A stretch of DNA of 64,000 nt from Catajapyx aquilonaris (taxonomy: Eukaryota): contig KZ538344.1 in NCBI GenBank assembly GCA_000934665.2, positions 1 through 64,000 of the forward strand. Reading direction: 5' to 3'. The translations under genes were made by a program, and so were the position numbers. Within the stretch, counting starts at the first letter, position 1. Each line of letters starts with the position of its first letter. Below the pieces are notes generated by a model. It saw only the letters and a list, made by a program, of their open reading frames with translations, made no database searches and was not told where the DNA came from. Positions 1-12,485 of this stretch are shown one piece after another.

Positions 1-24
1 ATAAGGGGGTGGTTGGAACCTTCC

Positions 25-27
<3 letters not shown>

Positions 28-68
<41 letters not shown>
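28..68. repeat. (TA)n microsatellite
   Basis: Uninterrupted TA dinucleotide run. Confidence 0.95.
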
Positions 69-71
<3 letters not shown>

Positions 72-1894
72 TCAGGATATAGAAAATACTTTCAATTGGT
101 GCAAGTAACCTGATACTTTCTGTCAATAATTAGAAAATAACTAAATAATATAAATTATTGTAAGCGGTATGTTACTGACTTATTATTGATTCTTCTGAGC
201 AATCATGCACTAAATGTAGGCTACAGCATATCAGTATGAGGTGAATCTTCCTAAAAGTATACATGTATGCTGTCATAGAGAGTGAAAATAGGCTAATGTA
301 AATGCTTATTCAAATTTGAATAAAAAAAGAAGTGATTTACAACGTGATTTTCATCCAGTAGCAATACAGAAGGGCCACTGATTTTGCAGGAACTGGTTTC
401 TTTGCCCAATAAGAGTTTCGACGGCAGTATGCTGCTGGTTGTATACTTATACAACTTTATTTTGTCCCGTGCCATTATTACGAACATATGCTTAGACCAC
501 ACTGAATTATTTTGCTGAATCTTCATATCTTTATCACGACTCACATTGCGCACGGAAAAATACACACTGATACGTTTAGTATTGTTGCACGTTAATATTA
601 GTAGAGCATTAATATAGCAAAAGGAAGTTATTGCAGTATATTTCTGTGTCCAGTGATAGCTGAAGATCTGTGCCATCATATGGCTATGTTGATTTTTGAA
701 GACATTTATTAAACATTTTAAAGGCCAAACGATAAACGTGCAACCTGCCTTGAGCTTAGCGATCCGTATATCGTCCGACTTTTGAACAGAGCACTTAGCA
801 ATAGAATGTAATTTGCGTCTTTAGTTTGTTCTTATATAGTGGGCTTTTCCTTTTCCTGCAGAACGTTTCGGTCATTTCTGAAGGCTCTTGCGGCACATAA
901 TTATCTAGCTTATAACATGCATTAATTTTACGTTTTTTGGTTGCAGGGCAAACAGGAAATCTCATGAAAACATCTGCCTTTTCCTAACAAACATGTAATA
1001 AAGTACCGGCACCTCCGGCATAATAGCCTACTCACAACAGTGACTACAATATTCTTAAAGCATTTTTTATTCGGGCTTAAACAAAAACGAGGAAATGAAG
1101 CGTATTCCCAAAGTATCATACTCTTGCTCGATTTATTTTTTGCAATCGTGTTTTAGGAATGATTACTTAATATGGTGTATAGGCCTACTGTACTCTTGGT
1201 CATTAACAAGCGAGATAGTAATGTAACAGTACAAACACTGGACAATATTTATAAAGGTGAAGATAACGACAATTATTTATCTCAAGTGTTTAAAATGTAT
1301 ATCAATAGATCAATCAAGTCAGAGGGTTTTGATAGACTGCATGGCAATCAAGGAAGAGAGCATGTTCACTTCCTTAGATGGTGTTATTATGATTAATTAC
1401 AATTGAGAATCCCTCAGCTTTGCCACATATACAACTTATAGTACGAGAATACAGTGTGTCGCAATGGCCAGGCTCATAGCTCAGGAAGGTGGATGGGGAA
1501 AAGTAATGGTTTGTCCACCTCATCAACCAGCTGAAAGAGAAGAAACAGGTTGGAGGCGACAAACAACTTTCATCTGTTGCGATTGTTGCTTCTTTATTAT
1601 CTGGGTGCTGGAGGTAACAACAATTCACTGCTTTTTCTCCTCCCCTCCCCTTGGATGGTGGACTTGAGCAATGTGTCATCCTGTAAAAGTACTACGAATG
1701 CACTACGAATAAGTTAAAAATTGTCCACAGGTATAGCTATATCCAGTAGCACAAGTATACTTGGCTCAAATTCAATGCAAGATTCAAGATAATTTAATTT
1801 CAATTTTAAGACATTTTAGGCAAACTCAATACACAAAATACCAACCTTAAATAACGTAGGGTAGGCTTCATAAACTTTTCAACAACTGAAACCA

Positions 1895-2105
1895 GGAAGG
1901 CTTGCGGTAATTTACGTGCCCATCACCGACGGAAGGGTCCCGGGTTCGATCAAGCCAGAGGATTTTCCCCTTTCATCTCTTTGCAGAGTTGGGAAATCTC
2001 TGGCTTAGTCTCGGGTGGGATTCCTTGAAACTAACCACCGAGGGAACTCCCAAAATGGCCGTTAACGTAATTGCCTTTGCACCTGCACCACCCTGCCCAT
2101 CAGGC
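1895..2105 (+). mobile_element. Diverged copy of the tRNA-derived SINE family
   Basis: B-box GGGTTCGATC; body TGCAGAGTTGGGAAATCTCTGGCTTAGTCTCGGGTGG...CAAAATGGCC aligns by eye with the 53890 copy; runs straight into a trinucleotide microsatellite. No TSD found. Confidence 0.75.
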
Positions 2106-2107
2106 AT

Positions 2108-2203
<96 letters not shown>

Positions 2204-2260
2204 GTTATTATTATTATTAATACTACTACTACTGCTACTACTACTAACTACTACTAGTAG
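2108..2260. repeat. Compound (ATC)n(ATT)n(ACT)n microsatellite at the SINE 3' end
   Basis: Directly visible; explains the poly-S/L/N/D ORFs at 1973-2368. Confidence 0.95.
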
Positions 2261-4159
2261 TCTATTACTACACAAAGCGGAAGCGGCAGCACAAAGCCGA
2301 AATAGTAGTAGGCTATATAGTTGATTGATTGGCCTTTTTTGGGCTTTGCTACATGGCTTTGACTTCACTGTGTATAGTGGTATAGTGGTGGCGCTAGTAG
2401 TAGCGGCGGTAATAAAGTAATCATGGCATTTGTTCCAAGCAATTCATTTCAGTTACGCAGTCCTTCCTTCCAATTCACGCCCAGAAAATTACCTCAAGGA
2501 AACGCTAAAAAAAATAGTGGAATACAAATATAATTTGGCCAGAGAAACTGCATAAATTACCGTTATCATCTCTTCTGGACAATTACCTCCACGTATTTAT
2601 GCACCCTATGTTTTGTTTGAGGGAAACGCTGCTGTTCAGTACCGTAACTATATTGATACTCTTGGACACAGACAGGGCCGTACCAACTATATACTAGATA
2701 GCCTATCATTTTTGGGGGAGTTAGGAAGGGGGAGCAGTATGGAGGGACATCAGCCGTACTGGCGCCTAACCGCCATTATGTTTCCTTAAACATTAAATAA
2801 ATATTAAATAAATATTGCAAATTAACACTGTCAAACTTTACTTCAGCATTTACTCCAGCAAAGCATTACTTCAGGAAGGGTGTTTTTAAATGAGAGATAG
2901 AGGAAGGGATGGTGGATTGAACAGTAGGCTACTGACCAGATATTCTCAAGCAGAAGTCTATATTGATTATAGTCAGATTGATCCAAATTGACAGTCCACC
3001 TTTTAGCATGCACGATCATTTTTTTGTGTGCGATAGATGTCCATAAGTTTGTTGAAGGTGAAAGAGGCGCCCTCTGAATTTTTTAGATCATCCTGGTGAG
3101 GACGTGAGTGATTATTTCCATGATTATTTAATAGGCACGTATTTTTTGTTCACGTTCACACAATGAACTCGCATAAGGGGTTGAGAATAAATCAGAATGC
3201 TAAGTTATAATGATGGTTTTTGCAGCGACTTAAACCGTGCAAGCTGCGCATAACTTAGGCTTTTTTCGCACATTTTCACGAACCTTGCCTCCCACAGCCA
3301 GTAAAAAGTGTGAGGCAATGGACTTATACCGTGCATTTCCAAGTGCCGTTCCAACTAGCCCCTTCCGCACTTTTGGGTCCCTACAACACTTCATCAATAA
3401 TTAGAAAGCAAGCACCCCCTCCCTGCAAAATAATCCTGGGCTGGGTGTGGGAGGAATAGGCCTATAAATAAAGGTAAAAGTGGCCTGTCCAGCAGCACAC
3501 AAGTCCGACATTTTCGACGTTGTTATAGCTCAATCAGCCCCTTGACCCCACCCCGTCCCCGGCACCCGATCGACATTATTAAAGTATGCCTGTGCGGTCT
3601 TAATTATTGATCAGCTGGGCCGATAAGACGCATTCTTGTTTGCATGATCTGCGACTCTAACACGCATCGCAAATATAAAATGGATTGCGCTTGTGTGCCA
3701 AAATTAATTTTTGGAACCTCCACAGCATGCACGAGGCAACCCCCCACCCCCCGCCCCTCTCGTCTCAACCCCCCCCCCCCCTTCTATTGCAACGACTCAA
3801 CACGCCATTTTCAATGATGACTGTATTCCTTGCTCCCAACCTCTCATAACTGTCGTTGGAACTGCCCACCAAATCAGCCCCAAAATAAGGTCTTCGACAT
3901 ATTGTCTTACCGCACATATATGGCTATATACGGATCTCAAATTGGTTTCATAATCGGATATTTGTGCTTCGTCACGCAACTATTGGCCCTTTCCAAGTTC
4001 CTTCATCTCTTACATTAACCGAACCCATGGGGCCGCTTCCTATGAAACTACATTTCCCTTGACAATACACTGTATATATGCATAGTATCGACTGATTGAA
4101 AAAACGGCTTTCTAATAGACAGTGGGGGGAGTTCGCTTCGTGTGTAAAGCGCTCAATTG

Positions 4160-4290
4160 ACCTATCGAATTGGCCTATCGATTGGCTAGCCGCAGACCTA
4201 GCCCCTCCCAGACCACATCATTATTGGCACTAACCCTCCTCTGTTAGTATAGAATAGAGAGAGGGGGAGTAGCCACATACGCTCATTGTG
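4160..4290 (+). promoter_or_regulatory. Candidate Unc-4 core promoter
   Basis: Three inverted CCAAT boxes (ATTGG at 4169, 4181, 4223), tandem CCTATCGA(A)TTGG, TATAGAA at 4248 and Inr-like TCATTG at 4283, upstream of the candidate first coding exon. No transcript data. Confidence 0.35.
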
Positions 4291-4748
4291 AGGGCTCGAA
4301 AGAAGAAAAAAAAAAAAAAGACGGAGTCCAAATTAAAACATTATCTACAGCACCATCCTTCCCCATTTCTGTACCACCCCGACACCAGCAGTCTACGTCG
4401 AGCTTTTATTACGTTTTTATGAGCTGGGAACCTGCTGCTAAGAGCTTCGTGATCCGGGGTAATTTTTATGCGGTCCCGTGAATTATCTACCCTTAGTGCC
4501 TCAAGATGCAAATTTATACAAGTCCTGCACGACAAGAGCGGACGAGAAAATCTTAATTTTCGACCACCACCCGAGCAGCGATCTAGTTTGCCATCACGAA
4601 ACCCTTTTCTCCTTTTTTCCAAGTGTTGTGATCAACTGCTGATATGCATCTCTTCTATTGCTCTTTTGCTCTTGTGGCTCTTGCCTAAGGGACTCGATGG
4701 GTGTCCTGGCAACTTGTGGAGGTATAACATATCATCAAGTGCTTTAAA

Positions 4749-4758
4749 ATGTTGGAAG
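4749..4758 (+). CDS. unc-4: Candidate first coding segment of Unc-4 (ATG TTG GAA G)
   Basis: aaaATG context, donor AAG|GTGAAT; phase 1 matches exon 12319 and gives [21 protein letters not shown]. An alternative is ATG 4697 to donor at 4721. Inference only. Confidence 0.3.
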
Positions 4759-5026
4759 GTGAATTAATTACTAATTAATTCCAATTCCACGCATCGTTGC
4801 AGTTGCAACTGTCACTATATATAGGGAGCCCCCAAATCAATGTTGGATGTGTATAGCAACACTGCAAACATTGGTAGCTCTATGCGAGTTAGCATTGTGT
4901 AATACTAGCAGACGTCAGAATTATTGGGTTTGCACAGATGAGTTACGTCATTTACACGTCTACATATGGTATGAATTCTCCGGATGTTGCCAGTTGCGTT
5001 TTCAAACTTCCCGCCAGGTACCTGGT

Positions 5027-5133
5027 GTCCAACAAGAATTGTCGCAGCGGCAGCGCACGAACTACAGTCTCTCGTGTCCCTGTGCTCGTAGATTGTAGTT
5101 CGTGCGCTGCCGCTGCGACAATTCTTGTTGGAC
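5027..5133. mobile_element. Short fold-back (hairpin) element, MITE-like
   Basis: 40-bp perfect inverted arms GTCCAACAAGAATTGTCGCAGCGGCAGCGCACGAACTACA and its reverse complement, with a short spacer. Confidence 0.7.
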
Positions 5134-6023
5134 TGATAATGCAAACAATGCTTAACAGCCAGGAATAAAGTACGGTACGCTTCTGTTCCCTCTGTTGACA
5201 TAAGACACGTTTGACTGAACTCCGTTCATACTCTTTTTATACCTCGTGCACTTAGTTGTTGCCAGAGGGCAACGTGTTCTGGACTGAATCATCAGATAGG
5301 TATATATAATGCAGTGAGGCAGCCGTATGTATGTGTGTGGGGGGGTGTGTGATGGAGTTATATATACTGTGTAATCGTGCTTAGGCGAGAAAGAAGGGCT
5401 GGCAAAGAGGGGAGAAAGTGGGCCGTACTTTGGGGGGCTCACGTAATGGCTGCGAGACACCCCCCAAGCCACTGATTCTTGCATGCAACCTTTTCCTGCC
5501 CCTTTTTTGACTGCTCAATCAAGACTCCACAGCAACCATTAGGCCAATATATCAAACCGCGGGCCCCTACGACGTCACCACCATGCGCGTGCGCCCTTTG
5601 ATATTTTCCATGGACTTTTTGTTGCCTTTTTTTTTGAGGTTGGGGAGGGGAGGGGGAGTCCTGATCTCTTCTGTTTATTTCTTCTGAGAATCGGCCACTC
5701 ATACGAGGGTTTAGACTGCGGCTTGGTAACAGGAAATTCCGATCATTTTGTGTCATGATTAGTTTTCAATCATTGGGCTGGAATTTTTTGATTAGCACTT
5801 CGGTACATGTAGGCATAGGACCAATGTTACGACGACTACATGGTAATTGCCGAACACTTCTTTTTTTTTAAATACGTTGGGATAATGATATTACAAGAAT
5901 ATACCTGCTGAAGCATGTGACGTTTCCTCGACTATCCATTTCAAAAATGTACACACCTCAATTGGCATCAGAATTTCATAAATAAGGTACTGTCGATGTC
6001 GCATTAAAAATGACTATGCAATA

Positions 6024-6105
6024 CAGTGTGTTCCAAGTATTGGGGTCCTTTAGTTATCGCAAATTTCGCCCGAAGTTGTTATTTTGTGTAGCTTATTGCG
6101 CCCTG

Positions 6106-6167
<62 letters not shown>

Positions 6168-6297
6168 TCCCAATTATATACAGTACCGGTAGTAGATGCT
6201 ATATTCGACCACATCTGGGAATAATTGGGCACCTCAATCGAGGCACAGAAAGCTACACAAAAATAACAATTTCGGGCCCGTGAAAATTTGTGATAAA
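6024..6297. mobile_element. Tc1/mariner-type MITE remnant with internal (GA)n
   Basis: Starts TA|CAGTGTGTTCCAA; imperfect inverted arms CCCGAAGTTGTTATTTTGTGTAGCT / AGCTACACAAAAATAACAATTTCGGG; related to 53085-53220. Confidence 0.6.
6109..6165. repeat. (GA)n microsatellite
   Basis: Directly visible. Confidence 0.95.
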
Positions 6298-6687
6298 AAT
6301 ACTTAGAGCTCTCTGTATATCTTAAGAGAGTCGGATTTAATCAGTATAACTGGCTATCACGATTAAATGCTGATTTCAATGAGAGGTTAAAAAGATAAAC
6401 TGCATTAAGGTTTACAGTGTCCCCAAGTTTTATGCGATTCGATGGTAAGAGCAAGTTTTCAATTTTTCTCGTCTCATGTGAATTGTTAAAAAATTGTCTG
6501 TGGCCCAAAGATGAACGGAATATTTTTAAATCCAAAAGTAGGCTAATGCTCAAACAACGATTGAAATCATTCTTTATTGGTCGTTAAGCAACAATGACAG
6601 CTCTGCTCTCTTCAAAGAGATGGTCATAGGAACTTGTAGTGTGGCTCATTGACGTTAAGATTTATTGGTACCCAGTAATAAGTATTT

Positions 6688-7024
6688 TTTTTTTCATTAC
6701 CCCACGGGGGGAGTTATGCTACTCCTTAGGGGGGGTGGGTTACCACCATTGGAATTTGATTTTTTGGAGCGAGTTTAAGAAGATCTTAATTAGTGTACTC
6801 CAAGGGTGGGTGGGAGGGGATGTGCAAAGTGCAAGTGCAATGTCTCTAATCGTCATTTTGTGAACTCCCCCGGGTGGCTTAGTCTATCGGAAATTGCCAC
6901 CCGAAACGAAGCCAGAGATGGCCCAACTCTGCACGAAAGAAGGTGGGAACCCCGGGTGGGGATTGAACCCGGGACCTTAACTTCCGTGGGCGCGCGCGTT
7001 ACCGCGGCGCCACTCGGTCTCCCC
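6688..7024 (-). mobile_element. Full-length tRNA(Arg)-like SINE with poly(A) tail
   Basis: Minus-strand A-box TGGCGCCGCGG and B-box GGTTCAATCCC; 5' 173 nt differ from the 53890 copy at 2 positions; poly(A) end; 14-bp TSD AGTAA(T/A)AAGTATTT at 6674-6687 and 7025-7038 with one mismatch. Confidence 0.9.
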
Positions 7025-8584
7025 AGTAAAAAGTATTTAATCAGTCTTTCTTGTGCTACATCACATGTAATTTTACATGCTATCGTGTTCGTGCAATTCA
7101 GATGCCAAAAATTGAGATGACATTTTGCAATAGCTAGATCAGTAACGAGACATGTTGTGGTCAAACAGTCCTACACATATTATACACCTACAGACAAAGA
7201 CTTACAACACCAACCATGACCAGCACATTGGAATAGTTATAATCCTACAAAAAACACCATGATCCAAAAATACAAAAAATACAAAAAAACACCATGATCA
7301 CCTTCAACACCATGCAGTAACAGGAAAGTAACTGACCCATCCGACAGCACGTAATGCATGATGTTTGGTTGATAATTTTCATTACTAATGTGGTAAACAA
7401 AGTGACAATCAAAACAAAATAATTAACACGACCAGTCTTTGCGCCTCAAACAAAAAAACAAGTCGCGTGCAAGCCAGACGTCACAATATTCTAAACTATT
7501 CCTAAACGATTGCACCTCTCCCTATACAGATGGCAGGCGAATAATTCTACCTGTACCTACTAATTAAAAACAAATCCTTCCTAAGCAAAAGAAGACAGGT
7601 GAAAAGTTGGTCACCTTCCGAGATAGCAAGTATCCAAATGTACTACTCATGCATTTAGACCCTCTCTCCTAAGTGCTGTTGTAACTGTACTTTAATGACC
7701 CAGACCGCATGCTGACTATTCTCAAATCTTGCAGTCCACCTTTTTTTTCTTCTTCTTCTTCCCCTCCTTTACCCTTGTAGACGGGCGAGCCATAATAGAG
7801 TACATTATACGACAGCTTTATTCTAGAAGTTGATGTCGGAGAAGGAGACCCGCTTGTCATTGGAGCATGTTGAATGAATTTTAAAGAGGAGGAAGGCGAG
7901 TGGTTGGAAGAAAGGGGCAGCTTTTCCCTACCGTGATTGTGCTCAGATAAAAAAAAAAATAGGACGAAGACAAACTTACTATGCTGCTTCGGGTTAACAA
8001 ATTAACCTGTGTAAAACAAGTGGGGGTGGTCTAAAAGGAAGAGAGGATTCTTTAAAAAAAATATTTCCGAGGGGAACCCCCCGCTGAAAAGTGTGATAAT
8101 ATGCGTCCTTAAGTAGCGGAAGTTACAAGCTTCATTCTGCTTTAATTGCTTTCAAAATAACATGCAACCAAACGTGTCGTGTTTTCCGTACGAAGCTCAG
8201 ACGAGACGGACGTTAACATATATCTTGTCAGACACGCCCCTCTTTTCTTTCTTTTTTTTAATGCTGTAAAGTCAAGTATCCGCCTGCTGGGACATCACAT
8301 GGGCCTTCGCCTGTTGCATGATGGAACTCGGGATACACCAAATTTAGCTGTCTAGTCCCAAAATCAACAGGAAGTCATGTCAGAGGATACTAATCAAATT
8401 TCATTTTTCGTCACGCGGCGGATATCCATTTTTGTTTTTGTATTCCTTTTCGTATTGTAGAGCAGGGCAGGTTTTCATATGTGGAGGGGGAACTCTTGAA
8501 ATGTTGGCTTCTTCGAGAAAATTAATTTTTCGCGAAATTCCTGGAGGAAATGAGGATTGGCTTAAAATTAAGTTCAATTTAGAT

Positions 8585-8906
8585 AGGACAAGGCACAAAA
8601 TGTATGGGCCAGTGGCCTTCCGTTCGATTTGCCTGAAAATTGGATATGTTGTAGCCCAGACCGTCCTGATCAATGTTGGATAGGGACATTTCAAGGTAGG
8701 ACGTACAGGGAGCGTGCTAATATAAGATGGGGAGTAGTTACTATACTCCCCATATTACCTTCGGAGCTCATTAGCATGCTCCATGTAGGTCCTACCTTGA
8801 AATGAACCTATCCAACATTGATCAGGACAGTCTGGGCTACAACATATCCCATTTTCAGGCAAATCGAACGGAAGGCCACTCGCCCATACATTTTGTGCCT
8901 TGTCCT
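8585..8906. mobile_element. Fold-back MITE with long terminal inverted repeats
   Basis: ~118-bp near-perfect inverted arms starting AGGACAAGGCACAAAATGTATGGGC; internal hairpin ATGGGGAGTA/TACTCCCCAT at 8727-8753. No clear TSD, so superfamily unassigned. Confidence 0.8.
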
Positions 8907-11900
8907 TTTGCAAGTCATCGTCATTTTAGCGAATTGAAAGTCTTGGTATTCTCAGAGGAAAAGTAGGGCCAATAAAATATCAATTTGCGCCAATAATACA
9001 CTTATTTGTTGCACAACTATGGTATCTACACATCCTGAAGGAATAAAAATTTAACAAGGGTTTCAGCATTCTTACTGGAAAATGTGAACTCGGAATTTAG
9101 ATTGGGTTTTTTTCTGATTACTAAGCTTTTTTTATTTTCATCTTAGCTAACATACAGTATTGTTAAAACCAGAGACGCATTGGGATAAGAAAAGATAAAA
9201 GGATTAAAGAGTAAACAGCATTGAAATTAGCCAACTACCATATACACCATATAACGCTTGTTGAAGGATCCTATAGCAAACCCTCGTAATAGTTTTAACT
9301 ATTTGTCCTTTCAAGCCCTCCTGCATTATGAATTCTGGCAGGCATTGTAGATCTGGAAAAATACTGTCTTTCAACCTTGACGAATGGCAGGTATCACGAA
9401 AAGCTCGGAACAAAAGAGGAACGGCACCTTCCCCAACCCATCACCACTCACAAGGTGGCGAAACATGTCAGCAATTAATGAAACGAGTGATTCTCAAGCA
9501 TTTATAACTTACACACCTGATTTGAATCCTTCAATTGGTTACAAATATGATTTTGCTATATTCTAGAATATTCGAATATCTTCCATATTATAATTCCAAT
9601 AACCCCTGAAGACCATTCACCCTTAGATTATCTACAAAATTTGTCATGTCATTGTAACTCATTCCAGAATCATATCTAATTTGATGACTATTCAAACCTG
9701 CATGAGGGCGCGAGAAAACGAGAGAAATAAGTGAGCTATAGGCTATAAGCCAAAAATACTGTGTTTTTGTCGTTGTTTTTGTTACAAGCTGGTGTTGTTT
9801 ACTGTGGGAATATTATCACGGTAAGCAATATTAATCAAAATTAATCACTACGTTATCCCTCCCCGTAGCTCCGCACTGCTCTTTAGGCACCCAAGTTACG
9901 CCCATTTCCTGCTGCCTGCATACCTAAAAAAAATTCCCATGGTTTGAACGTTGGTCTAGGTGCAAATTAGCAATCCGGTAAATTATATCAAAATTAAGAG
10001 CCAGATAATTGATGGCTCAAGTTGATCGCTTTTAAACCGTTCTCTGGCATTCAATAGGGTCGTTTTAGACACATATTCTGGGGCTCCAAGTGCCCCACCT
10101 CTCTAATAACAGCCCTTCGTCATCACCTTATTGTCATGAGAGATGAAAGGATAATTTAACAAAGGCGATCAAAGAGTTATTTGACTTTTCATGCTTTTTT
10201 GAGCCGACTACCTTAGACCTTAGGCCTAGATACTCGCCTAGATATAATATACAGTACATTCCAAAGCGTGAATCATCAATGAATATCAAAGTCGACATTA
10301 TAGTTGCAGTAAGTTCCACTTTTATTTCAGGCAGATTCGTCATAATGCAATCTGTAAACATAACTTTACGTAACTGTAACAGTTATGGAACAGTTTGCTA
10401 CAATTAATCACACCCAGGTTATATAACAATCATTTTGCACAGGGGACGCTCTAATACGGGTTTACGCGATGACCTTTAATTGCACTTGCACAGATCCTTA
10501 GTTTGATAGTTCATATACGGTTCTGCAATATACGGTACCACAACTATCTGATTTGTTTACATTATTTATGCCTAATTTACTCCCCCATATGAAGTGCGTG
10601 TGTTTACCAAGTTAAACTTCGCACCCTGAGCACCTGCAAAATGGAAACCCACTTGTAATATGATCACCGATAGCCACGTGTCCATTTCTGACACACCAGA
10701 TCTTGACATATCTGAAGAAAGTCTGGTTCTAAGGAAGTCGAATTACTGCCATGTTTTCCCAAATTTTCGGAAACAGGCATTTTCCACGCTAATACCAGTT
10801 CTTTGCGTGGGTCGAGAATTGATAAAATATTGCACGTATTTTGCCCAAGCTTCACCCCCCCCCCCCTCCTCCCCCCTCCCGATCCGCCAGAGATTATGCA
10901 ATGTTGTGGGGGAGGTCGGTATAGGTGGTGGGGAGAAAGAAAGAAGAGAGACCCCCAGAAGATAAGTATCGGACAGGTAGAGACCTAATTATAGCCCTGC
11001 TATAATAATTTATTGTATATGTTTACCAGCATAATCTGCAAGCCCGGTTCTGCACGCTACCAGTGCAAATGAGCAATGCACTTTGAAAAACCGACAGCCG
11101 TTTTTACAGCAATTGGATTTGCGCAAGAATACAATTTTTAGCAATTTTCAGTTGAATGAACCTTATTTCCGCTTGTCATACAAAATTATACATCTATATT
11201 GCTGTACCGTTTTTCGCAAAAAGCTGTCCACGCCCCCCACGAGCTGGCAACTACAAACATGACAAAAACTGAAGCAGCAATCTAGTTGAAGTCACTATAT
11301 ACCTCCCCTGTAAGCAATTTTGATTCGATACCAGACCGATGGGTGGGTAATAAATTTAATTGATTCCAACAGGCAGTATTAGTGTAAAGTATTTACAATG
11401 GCTTTTGGTGGGCTGGTCTCTTGTTCTAAATTACTGCCCCACCACGAATTAGACCACCCATGGCTACTGCTCATTAGCCCTGGGCGAATTTTCTTGGCTT
11501 ATTCCGCTAGCTTCAAGCTTCTCCTGCAAAACACATGTAGTGCAATTTGCATACATGGCTGGTGTGGAGCCGAATGAGTCCATTACGGAGAGTACAAAGC
11601 ACGCGGGATGAGATTTTTTTGTTGGCTCTCGAGAGTTGGAAGTGTTGTAGGGCTGTATTAAGGAGGGTTGTTTTTTCTGGGTAATTTTAAATACACCTTC
11701 CAACCAGTGTAAAATATTCGCAAGGGTATAGTGTGGTCCTCTCTCGGAAATTTAACCCAATGCATATAGGTTTAATATGCAAAAATCCAGCATTTTGCCT
11801 CATCTTGCACACTCATTTATTACGTTCATGAGACACCATCCTTCTGGAATGGTTAATACGCTCACTAAAACACGTCTTTAGGGTGGCATAGGAGACTCAC

Positions 11901-12318
11901 GCACAAATATCTCGCCGGCAATAAAACTGCACTGCTCGAGTGATGGCTACTTTTTTTTTTCAATAGCTTTAGGATACAACCTCGGATAAGCCGTATTTCT
12001 CCGGCAGATACGAATCTCTTATCTCCCTCACGCGGTCAGTGCAATAGGTGACGTTTATTTCCTTCATTACCCATCGTTAAAATATACGAGAGACGTGGTA
12101 TAACATTTCTACTTTAAAAAATGCCGCATCATGCTTCGGTAGAGCACGTTCGGCAAAAATATGGGAGAAATTGAAACGAATAAAAGGCATTGAATCATAC
12201 GTAGTAACAGTTATCTGTCACGCATATTATTGCTATTATAATATGGTTTGAGTAGATATTTTTTAGATTAGTGTTGTGACTGCATGATTGCATAGTGGTG
12301 GTCCGATTTGGTTTTCAG

Positions 12319-12485
12319 AAAGCGACAATGAGGACTCGAACGCCAAGAGACGTCGATCCCGAACAAACTTCAACAGCTGGCAGCTTGAGGAGCTGGAGAG
12401 GGCGTTCCAGGCCAGTCACTACCCAGACGTCTTCATGCGAGAGGCTCTTGCAGTCAGGCTCAACCTCAAGGAGTCCAGAGTTGCG
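12319..12485 (+). CDS. unc-4: Unc-4/Uncx paired-like homeobox protein, exon with homeodomain residues 1-46
   Basis: Encodes [55 protein letters not shown], diagnostic of the Unc-4 family; acceptor ttttcag at 12318; donor GCG|gtcagt at 12486. Confidence 0.96.

Noticed and set aside
1973..2368. ORFs with poly-N/D/S/L tracts
   Set aside because: Translations of a microsatellite and a SINE.
6804..7164. Near-identical ORFs here and at 53887-54129 suggesting a duplicated gene, or tRNA genes
   Set aside because: Both are SINE copies; the tRNA-like heads lack proper acceptor and anticodon stems and continue into body, tail and TSD.
11555..11611. Short ORF MAGVEPNESITE as the Unc-4 first exon
   Set aside because: Phase fits but the donor (A|GTACAA) is poor; weaker than the 4.7-kb candidates.
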